Program-made: the position numbers and the translations under genes | Notes under the pieces: generated by a model | What the model was told of the DNA's origin: nothing | The model's input: the letters and a program-made list of their open reading frames with translations, nothing else | The model's database searches: none | Shown here: one piece after another, positions 24,339 through 38,369 of the stretch | Position numbering within the stretch: the first letter of the stretch is position 1 | Layout of the letters: every line of letters starts with the position of its first letter | Source: Macrostomum lignano | Taxonomy: Eukaryota | Length of the DNA: 64,000 nucleotides | Direction of reading: 5' to 3' | Assembly: GCA_002269645.1 (NCBI GenBank) | Contig: NIVC01001815.1 | Coordinates: forward strand, 1 to 64,000

Positions 24339-26403
24339 ATGGCTGCACTGCTGAATGCCAAGTCCTGGGTGAGGCTGCTCGCCCTGCTGCTGGCCGCCTG
24401 CCACCTGTGCGAGCTCTGCTTTGTTGCCAACTGCCCACCTGGTGGCAAGAAGCGAAGCTTTCCCGGTGAGTGAAACTAGTGAGTGAAACTAGTGAGTGAA
24501 ACTAGGAAGTGAAACTAGTGAGTAGAACTAGTGAGTGAAACTAGTGAGTGAGTGAAACTAGTGAGTGAAACTAGTGAGTGAAACTAGTGAGTGAAACTAG
24601 TGAGTGAAACTAGTGAGTGAAACTAGTGAGTGAAACTAGTGAGTGAATCTAGTATATGAAACTAGTGAGTGAAACTAGTGAATCTAGTGAGTGAAATTAG
24701 TGAGTGAATCTAGTATATGAAACTAGTGAGTGAAACTAGTGAAACTAGTGAGTGAAACTAGTGAGTGAATCTAGTATATGAAACTAGTGAGTGAAACTAG
24801 TGAATCTAGTGAGTGAAATTAGTGAGTGAGTGAAACTAGTGAGTGAATCTAGTAAATGAAACTAGTGAGTGAATCTAGTGAGTGAGTGAAACTAGTGAGT
24901 GAATCTAGTGAGTGAGTGAAACTAGTGAGTGAATCTAGTGAGTGAGTGAAGCTAGTGAGTGAAACTAGTAAGAGCTAATTTGTACAAACTGTCAAGCTAA
25001 ACAAAAGCGTTGAAGTTCTGGTGCTTTGTCTTTCTTGCCCTCCGTGATACAGAAGAGTGAAAATGAAATTAATTAGCCAGTGAATATCCCAGACAGCAGT
25101 CAAACATTCTCGCCCTCAATCCCAGTCTGCTTGAATCCACATCAGGTGGAAATCACGGTTGCCTCATTCAAGCCTTAGCAGCCATTAATTTGATCGGGTT
25201 TCTTTCTCTCCGCAAGGGTTGAAAGTGTCGTGACCTCGTGTGGCAGGTGAAAATTTTTCCGATAGCTCGTGTAACTACAGAGCAATGATCAAACTTGATG
25301 ACAAAAGATAGGCGCTGACGAATGCTTACAATTGCGCGGGCAGAGAAGTTCAGTGCTAGACGCGTCCGATTTTTGCGCCACGACACCTGGTTATGTGCTC
25401 AAACACATTCATTTGAGGCTTGTGTGCGCGAAACTTGGCCTTGGGGATGTCGTGCGATCAACACTCATGAGGGCCAGCTTCCAGGGCACAAACAGTGTAC
25501 ATGCCTGACGATTAGAAAGTCAGGGCCGCTGTACACCCTGTGTGAGCGTGTGTGCCTGCGTACAGTATTGACGCGTTCAGGAGTCAGCGGAATGAGCAGA
25601 ATGTGGGAGGATGCGACGGTGAACCATAGCCCCCAAGTAAACTCCGAAACAACATTGAAAAGTCGCGCCACCCTTTGCCCCAGTGAGCAGTGTCTTTCGA
25701 CCAGCATCTTTCACCTGGCCAACCATTCTGATATTAATGCTTGAAAAAAAGTGAAAACCGGGTGGAAGCTTCAATCCATCCAATCTTCGTCCTTCGCTCT
25801 TCCCAATCCCTCGTCACTCAAAAGTCAATACCGAGCTAGAAGTTACTCCACACTCTCAAAGGTGGCGACTTTTTAATGCTGTGGAGTATACTCATTGGTA
25901 GACAAACAACTGTACACGCACGAATTTCACTCGCACGACAGGCAAGCAGTTGAGCGCCTGCAAACCATCCTGCGGATCCGGCAAAGGCGTCTGCCTCGGT
26001 CGCAGCCTCTGCTGCGGCAACTTCGGCTGCATCGTGGGAAATGCGGCCAGGAAGGACTGCGCGGGAGCCGACGAGATGCGCGCCTTTCTCGGCCGGCTGA
26101 CTTGTCGGCGCAGTCTGCCGCGGTGCACTTTGGAGCGCGGCGGCCGCTGCTCCGCTCCTGGCGTCTGCTGCGACCTTGGTGCGTTGATAACCGGGGCTGA
26201 GTGCCGTGTGCACTGGCTTTGGTTTTGTTCGTGATTAGTCTTAGTCCATTTCGCAAACTGTCATTGCACATTGCTCAGTAGTTTATACACAGCCCGAAGT
26301 CCTCTGAATAGTCTACGTTGGTTAAACAATTGCAGACTCGTGTCGCGCAGCCAAGGAGTGCAACGAATTCCGCTGGGGCAGGTCTACAGACGGTTCCGCT
26401 TGA
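24339..26403 (+). CDS. Vasopressin/oxytocin-family preprohormone (signal peptide, CFVANCPPG-GKKR, neurophysin); exons 24339-24465, 25942-26178 and 26336-26403 (143 aa)
   Basis: Nonapeptide C-x4-C-P-x-G at 24417-24443 followed by GKKR. The spliced exons give a neurophysin with all 14 Cys (CKPSCGSGKGVCLGRSLCCGNFGC...GRCSAPGVCCDLDSCRAAKEC). All splice sites are GT-AG and in phase; AATAAA at 26466. Confidence 0.95.
24466..24970 (+). repeat. 13-bp minisatellite GTGAGTGAAACTA (~35-38 units) starting exactly at the intron-1 donor of the VP/OT-like gene
   Basis: Direct reading; the first unit is the 5' splice site itself. Confidence 0.92.
25340..25600 (+). mobile_element. Diverged SINE copy in VP/OT-like intron 1
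   Basis: AGTGTACATGCCT..GGCCGCTGTACAC..GTGTGCCTGCGTAC..GCGGAATG is collinear with the SINE body. Confidence 0.65.
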
Positions 26404-26672
26404 GCGATGATGAAGGCTGCCGTTCGAACTTTAAAGCTGCTGGAGGATTGTTTTTTACTGTCCTTAATAAAACCAATGGCTTAATTCGAACAAATAATAA
26501 TTTGCCAATCATCAACTCGATCTGTCAGGCCTAATAAATAAAACCAAATTGATGTCACCTCCATGACTGACTGGCCATTGCCAGCGATTCCAGCAGATAA
26601 AGGCTGTTGATATTCAGCTGTTTTGGGTTTCTTTACAATGTTTGCTCATTGATATATCCATACTTACAGGGG

Positions 26673-27733
<1,061 letters not shown>

Positions 27734-28140
27734 TTCGATAAAGTTATCGATTCCTGTAGCAGAGAAAACAAATTGAACATTCTGGAGGCGATGTACATCA
27801 AGGCTCAGAAACCAAATTTGAACAGCCAGTTAGCCATGGGGGTGCAAGCCGCCAGCTCAAATGTGTTTTAGCTAGGTTGGCAGTCTCGTTGAACTTTATT
27901 CAGGTTTTCTTTCTCTTGTTAACGAGACTGGACTGAAATTGATTTGCACATGACATTTTACAGTTTTCATTTCTTAAAATAAAGTATTTTTATAACATGG
28001 TTCTGTGTGATTAATTGACGTGTCTGCCCTGAAGATGACCGATTGTGGTCGAAATGCATTGGCAAAAGTCTAAGAAACAAAAATGTTGATTTTGAGTTTT
28101 CTCTACTACTAACACTGACAGCTAAGGTTAAAGACAGACG
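27734..28140 (+). mobile_element. 3' fragment of a Penelope-like retroelement (GIY-YIG C-terminus plus pLTR)
   Basis: 27734-27871 translates FDKVIDSCSRENKLNILEAMYIKAQKPNLNSQ...NVF*, typical of the end of a PLE GIY-YIG endonuclease (L.ILE..YI....P.LN.Q); a hammerhead motif follows. Confidence 0.7.
28025..28064 (+). ncRNA. Minimal type I hammerhead ribozyme
   Basis: TGCC-CTGAAGA-T-GACC(GATTGT)GGTC-GAAA-TGCA-TT-GGCA: stem I UGCC/GGCA, CUGANGA core, stem II, GAAA, palindromic stem III AUGCAU, AUU cleavage triplet. Confidence 0.8.
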
Positions 28141-28587
28141 GACGCGATTGTAAATAATCGATTTAACATAAGGGAAAAATTTTAAAGAAACGCAAAACGT
28201 TGCAATTTATTTCTGCCGTTTTTCATTTTTTCAATTAATACAATTTTGTATAAGCCATTTAAATAGTTGATACAAAAAACTGCTAAAAACACACTGGGAA
28301 CGCACACTTGCAACAGACACGGTTTAACCACACAACTATTTGTCTAACTGATCCCTACAAAGTAGCGGCACTAAGTTTTAATTCGAATTTGGAGTTGTGG
28401 GACTAGATAATCCAAATCTGCAGCCTAGCGAATAAAATCATTTGCCGAGGACTTTAACAATGGCACAAATAGAAAAAAACACACTGGGAACGCACACTAG
28501 CAACAGACATAAATAGCAAATAAAAATTTAGCAAATATAATAGCGAAAAACGTTCACGATGTCGTCACCAATGTATCATTTTCTTTC

Positions 28588-28890
28588 TCAAAAATCTTGA
28601 AAAAACATTGTTAATGTCTCACAAAAATGGTAAAAAAACTGCTTGCCTTTAGAGTTCTTAGGATGCGATTTAGCTTCCTGGACTTCCAGTTCATTTAAAT
28701 GCCTACTAATCAGATGGCGAGGCAGCTTCGAAAAAAGTTCGCCACAAAATAAACAGCTGTGCTTCTTTTTATCAGGAGATACTCGAGCGTGACGCCGAAG
28801 AAGATCGTATTCCTCACATTCTTCCCAAATGACTTCAGAATCATCATCTTCATCCACATCATTCGAACCTTCTTCACCACGATGCTTCAA
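28588..28890 (-). pseudogene. Probable transposon-derived fragment with a CxxC...RH zinc-finger-like module
   Basis: KKHSCLFCGELFSKLPRHLISRHLNELEVQEAKSHPKNSK after an acidic stretch. It resembles modules of tyrosine-recombinase (Crypton-like) elements from memory only; no recombinase domain is visible. Confidence 0.35.
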
Positions 28891-31129
28891 CTTTTCTTTT
28901 TGCTATTCATCATAAGTATCAGCAATACTTTGCATTGCCGGGTGCAGATCACTATCAAGCTCGCTCATTTCCACTGAGTCGACGTCCAAAGACAATGCAT
29001 CTGGGTCAAAAGCTTCAGCAAAATCGTCACCGATAAAAACAGAGTTGTTCTCTTGAAAACTGGACGTAGGACTGGCCAAGCAACGTTGCTTTGGCATACT
29101 GCCCGAGTCCTGCTGTTGGGTGCGCATAAGGAAAGTACATCACTGACAGAACAAAAGCTCCAATCGAAAACGGACACCTTTCTAAGCTTGCTAGACTCGT
29201 CTGTCTGTTGGTGTCACGGTGTGTTAGCTGGACCCCAGATCGGGGCACCATCTTAAACTGACTGCGTCTGTCTGTTGGTGTCACGGTGTGTTAGCTGGAC
29301 CCTAATCAATTACTGACTGTTTACTTTGAAGTATGAAGCGTAGAAGAAAGTGGTTGTAGTAGTTCAGCTGTTTAGTTCATCTAAAGCTAATCATTTTGTA
29401 CTTTAGAGGAATTTCGAATCAAAGAAAAACATAAAGGAGAATTGTGTCCACAATATTTGTTCATAGTTTAAGTAAAGCGCAAAATCAAAAATTTTAATAA
29501 CACGTTACAACAAAACTTACTGACTTGATGGAAAGCACTTGCCTGAAATGTATAAAATAATGTAATACTGTATAAGTTGTTGATGCAAATGTGCTATTGT
29601 TTGCTATTGATATTGACTGTACAGTATAGCTTACCGCACTCAGAGTGCAGAGCCTTGACGATGTTCTCGGGGATATTTTTTTCGGCTCCCATGTGTTTTC
29701 ACTCCTACAAAGCATGTTAAAAATGAAAAGCAGTAAAGCCTTAAATTTTTTACAAGTTAAGTAAAATTATTATTTAGAGGTAATTCTTTTTTGAAAATTT
29801 TCTTACCTGGGATAGTCAGTCCACTTTATAAAAAACTTCTTTTTGCAGCACTTCTCAATCCTTTCGACGTAAAATATTTTCGGCCGTTTTTTACAGGATA
29901 TTCTTCCTATACTTGCAGTTGCAATTGCAACGGGGCCTAATATTGCAACGGGTCTGGGTTTCAATGGACCTGATTGCGAGGCTTCTATAGGCAAGCAACA
30001 CCACGCCAATTTCATTAGACATTGGTTAGCGAGATTCTGTGGCTGGCAAATGTACAGTGCCCATTGAGATACCCCACTGGTTGGCCAGTGTCTATTCGCA
30101 CTGTACAGTCTTGAAACAGAAAATTCTAGAATTCTTGTCTCCCGACATCAGCTGTTTTAATAAAAAGCAAACAACTAGTGTACATTGCTGTGTACAATGA
30201 GACAAGCAGTCATGCTAAAATAAGGGGGTAGAGATTAGTCTGTGCTACAGGACATCGTTTTAGGGAAACCACTGGAGGCCGCTATCTTTCAAGGAGTGTG
30301 AGGCTCCTTTAAGCATAATAGCGGCTCACTTAGTCCAATCACACGATGTACTCTGGATTTTCCGTCCAATGAATTTGGTTAAAGGCACTTAAATGTTCGG
30401 ATAAGCTACGACTTTCAAAGATAGCGATACAAATATGGCTTTCGTTTTGGCTTTGACATAATAAGATACAGGTATATAGCTCGTACGAAACAGCCTGTTA
30501 TCAATCATTACTTCATAGTGTGTGATTGTGTAAATACATCATTCCCTGCAGCACAGGTGGCCAGTTGCATCACTTACAATTGCGATCTTAGAAGAATTTT
30601 TAGTAGCTCAAGGTGGAGAGGAGACTCAATGCTGTGATGCAATATCGTGATTTTTTATAAAAATTGTTTCGAAATTAATAGCATATAATAGTTCCGTCTG
30701 TCGTCCAAGCCCCAAATCCATTATACATATTGTTGCTTACAAAATTTGTTATTTTATCGCAAAACAACGCTTTCACGATTACAACAAATCGACAAATTTA
30801 GCTATGTGGCGGCCAGACTACGCGACCGGCAGCACCAGTGCAGCCGCACTGGAAACCCCCCCCCCCGCCAACCTCTGTCTAGCTGAGGTGGGGTGGTGGC
30901 GCACCGTGCCAGCCGGCTCGCTAAGCCAGGAAGGAGGGTTTGCGTAGCCAATCACGCCACGCCACATGTGCGCACCTCCCTAGGCCCCTCAATAATCTCG
31001 CGCTGTTTGTAATATAAATATACGCGCAAAGCAGCGCAAAATCTTCGCTGCCATTCCATCTATTGAAACTAAAAGGCCTTCCGCCTCAGCTACCAATTTA
31101 CCTAACAGACACAAAACAAACACCAAACA

Positions 31130-31939
<810 letters not shown>

Positions 31940-32288
31940 GCTGCTGGTGACTGAGAATTACGACGGAAATGAAAAAATCCTAGATTTTATTCAAAATTCT
32001 CGCTGAATTCGAAAGCCAGAAAAACTTGACGGCCAATTTGCTGAATGCAGTGATTGACAATAAATTGGTTTTATTTCTGCTGTGTCAGCAACAAAAACTA
32101 TACGAGTACGAGTATAGTTTCCCCGCACAGCGGATCATATCTGCGATGCTTTACAGTATGCCTCAGAAGGACCCTTTAGTGGGTGAGGTGATCTTATAAA
32201 CAGGTAACTTTTTCCTGTTACTGCTCCAACGTTTATAGAGCGCTCTCAGCCTCGGACTATTTGAATGGCAACAAATATTTCTTGACTT

Positions 32289-32832
32289 AAAGCCATAGAC
32301 AATTGCAACTCATTCTAGGCTCAAAGCCATAGACAATTGCAACTCATTCTAGGCTTAAAGCCATAGACAATTGCAACTCATTCTAGGCTTAAAGCCATAG
32401 AAAATTGCAACTCATTCTAGGCTTAAAGCCATAGACAATTGCAACTCATTCTAGGCTTAAAGCCATAGACAATTGCAACTCATTCTAGGCATAAAGCCAT
32501 AGACAATTGCAACTCATTCTAGGCTTAAAGCCATAGACAATTGCAACTCATTCTAGGCTTAAAGCCATAGACAATTGCAACTCATTCTAGGCATAAAGCC
32601 ATAGACAATTGCAACTCATTCTAGGCTTAAAGCCATAGACAATTGCAACTCATTCTAGGCATAAAGCCATAGACAATTGCAACTCATTCTAGGCTTAAAG
32701 CCATAGGCAATTGCAACTCATTCTAGGCTTAAAGCCATAGACAATTGCAATTCATTCCCGGATTAAAGCCATAGACAATCGCAAATCATTCCCGGATTAA
32801 AGCCATGGACAATTGCAAATCATTCCCGGCTC
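32289..32832. repeat. 34-bp minisatellite AAAGCCATAGACAATTGCAACTCATTCTAGGC(T/A)T, ~16 copies
   Basis: Direct reading; period 34. Confidence 0.95.
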
Positions 32833-33321
32833 ATGAAATCAATAACGATCGTAAAGGAGCTTCTTTACTTTTTGATTCGCGGTAATTAATCTATGGAAAA
32901 TGGATGAAGTCACTCCTGGTAAAATTTCAATAAACTTTTTCCTAATCCTGTCTCTCACTGAGCACGGGCTGGGGGCGTTTTATTGAGCTGTGAGTACGTT
33001 GAAGCAGTAGCAGAAAATTTTGTACCTTTTATTAGGTCACAAATTATAGTGATAGTGCGAGCATATTGTAGCTAAACTTAAACAGGCTAGCTAAAGCATA
33101 TCAATGTTCTGCAGAAATAACGTTCTGCTTCTACTTCAACAGCGAAGCAGTTCTCGAGCGTATGAATGAAATTAACATGCACAGAATACTACTAGACAGT
33201 AGATTTGGAGGTCAGGACGCGAATTCAAATAGCGGAATTAACCCTACTCCAGCTCGTCTTCGTTCAGCGTCCAAGGCCGCGACTCCATCAGCTGACCGTC
33301 CAGCAGAGTCTCCACCAGGTA

Positions 33322-33357
<36 letters not shown>

Positions 33358-33831
33358 CCCGGAGGGTGCCGCTAAATCGACGGTCTTGAAATTTTTGCCA
33401 CCGCTAGGCGGAAGCTCGGGGTTGCCGCGAGTCGCCGTCGTGTCCGATTGCAGTCTCTGCGCGGAGATTTATTTTTACATTATTCAGTTGCACATTCAAA
33501 CTTGACTACTTGTTAGTAGAAAAGTTCGAAAGTAGACACTGAATTTTTATTGCTCTTATTATGACTTTATGTTTGCCACACCTGATGCAGAGCTCGGATG
33601 TTGACGGCGTGTCGCTTCTTTGAAGCCGCGTCGCCAGCCGCGACTGAGGCGGCCCCGGCCGGCAGCTTGCCTGTGCCCGTCAGCACGACGCTGCGCATCC
33701 TGCGGGATCCGGGGGGAGCGGGCGGCCCAGTGGCAGGTGATTCGCTAGATTGCTCATCCAAAGATGTCTAATTAGGCTTCGGTTCAATGAGGTTTAATGG
33801 TCGATTTTATAAGGATCAACAAAGCGGCTTC

Positions 33832-35934
<2,103 letters not shown>

Positions 35935-36504
35935 GCTGCAGTTTCAGTTGGTCAAAATTCTATTTTGAAAGACGACCTCGAGACTCGAGCAACAAACCTG
36001 TAATAAAACTATTTAATTTTTAGAAGTTAAAGATGATAACATACTCATTGAATGTCACAAAGTATTTTTATCTATTTATTTTATACAAACAAAAAGCGAT
36101 TTTAGTACGTAAGTAATAACTTATCCGTTAGGTTTTTTGGATCCAAAATAAGTACGTCTTTTTATTTGTTTAAGTTTAAAACTTTCGGCTTCTTAGCGAT
36201 AATGTGATAACTTTTACGAATTGTACAGGATAAATCGTAACTCGAAAAAGACTATAAGGAATGCGAAATAAGACGTTTTAATTTTGATCCTATGGATAAA
36301 CTTTGTTTCTGAGCATATATGCTTGGTCTCTACCTAATTAAACCTTCTTTTGATGTACATGCAGTATGCAGTACTCTTACATGTACACATGTAACTCAAA
36401 ACACGTATTATATATATGCCATTGATCTGGTGTTGCATCGAATAGTTGTATAAGTTCATTTTTGCATATGTGATTGACACAAAGCTGCAACTTGGTCCAT
36501 GAGA

Positions 36505-36600
36505 ATTGCCCACACAGACGAATTGCCCGTCGAGATTTGCCCGCAGTGCAATTTGCCCGCGAGCGATCGAATTGCACGCCAAGTTTTTTTCCCGCCGAGG
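36505..36600. repeat. Degenerate (A/T)TTTGCCCG subrepeat cluster related to the foldback TIR modules
   Basis: GAATTGCCCGTC, GATTTGCCCGCA, AATTTGCCCGCG, TTTTCCCGCCG. Confidence 0.45.
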
Positions 36601-38154
36601 TTTTCCCGGGCAAAGCATTGTGCAGTGGGCCCCCACAATGCTTTTTAATTTCCTGCAGCGTATTTAGCCACGCGCGGCAGATTTTGTCTCCATTGCCTCC
36701 CCTGCAATGCTTAGTGAGTCTTAATAAAGAGATCTACCCGATCAAAACATTTTGATAGTAACTGCGCATATCAAATTTATATTTTTCTTGTACGAGCTAG
36801 GTAATATTCATGATCAGTTCTATATACATGCAAGGGGTATACATGCATGGCGGTAAGCTATTAGTTCATGCATGTGTTGTGTCGCTTTAGTACATTTACA
36901 TGCAAATACTCGTTATGTACAACGCGTACATGCTAGTCACAAGCTTCAAATCAAGCTGGACCACTGTAGTATAAGAGGGCATAAAACTAATATATCGTGT
37001 ACAATGCATGTAATTTATAGAAGGCCAACAATTTTCTAGGGAAAAGGTGCACGTTGTTTTTGCATCACAAAGTCTTTTGATTGCATTTGATCTGGAGTAT
37101 GCAACAAATTTAATTCTAATATACTCGTACTGGCACTTAAAGAAGGAACAAAACAAAAAATTCATTTGTGAGCATTTGCAACTTTGGCATGGGCTTGTGA
37201 AATAAAAAGAAAGTAATATGAAAAACAACTTTCACTACACAACTATATGTATACAAATTGCAATTCAGAGTAACATGTTGCACATGTACATGCTAAATTA
37301 AAGAAATGGCAAACTTCACTTCCTGAGAGTGAGGCTTGTGTCTCATGTGCTTGACTGCCAACCACAATAAATTCTTTATTCAATTCGACAACAAGGACAA
37401 CTTATATAAGTAATATATGTTACTTGAGTAGTCCTTAATCGACAAACGATCGATCGCCTATATAATGTCGCCTATATCGCTATATATATGATCGCCTATA
37501 TATGATCGCCTATATAAGGGACGATATAATGTACATTATATAATGTGTATGCATTAGTTCAGTTCTATTTAGAAGACGTCCCTAACTAATGTCGCAAATA
37601 ACGACTCAAGAATTGACATTTGACATTGACATTTGAGCTGTCAAACTTTTTTAACCTGTACAGCAATTCGACGTCGGATTGTCTCTAGCTATCGACGTTG
37701 CTGACCAATATGTACTTTTACAATACATCGACGGATAACGACGTTCGTACGTCTCAATTAAATCTCATATTATATATTCACGTAGGAATTCAAGTCTGGT
37801 CGCTTCACAAGCTGAAATGAAATATTTACATATACGTAAGTCTCTAATCTCTAGATTAGTATGAACCAAATTTTATGTGTAGTTTCGAAATTATTTTAAA
37901 GCTTATAAAAGGGGGTTATTCATTTTTAATACCCATGCAAACATGTCGCATCCAAAGTAGCTTCTTGTGACTGTTTCTATTTCTATGGTTTCTATGATCG
38001 AGTCTAAAATAAACTAGGTCTGTATGACCGGGAAATTATTTAGTAGGTCTTTATGATGACGGGAATAAACTGGATTGCTCTATGTAGAATGTAGTTCTGT
38101 CATGGCCGAAATGATCTACATGTCGGTCTATATAATGTAACTGGAATTAACTAG

Positions 38155-38369
<215 letters not shown>

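Noticed and set aside
30053-30108. TGTACAGTGC...GCACTGTACA hairpin as a pre-miRNA
   Set aside because: Large asymmetric bulges and no recognisable mature miRNA.
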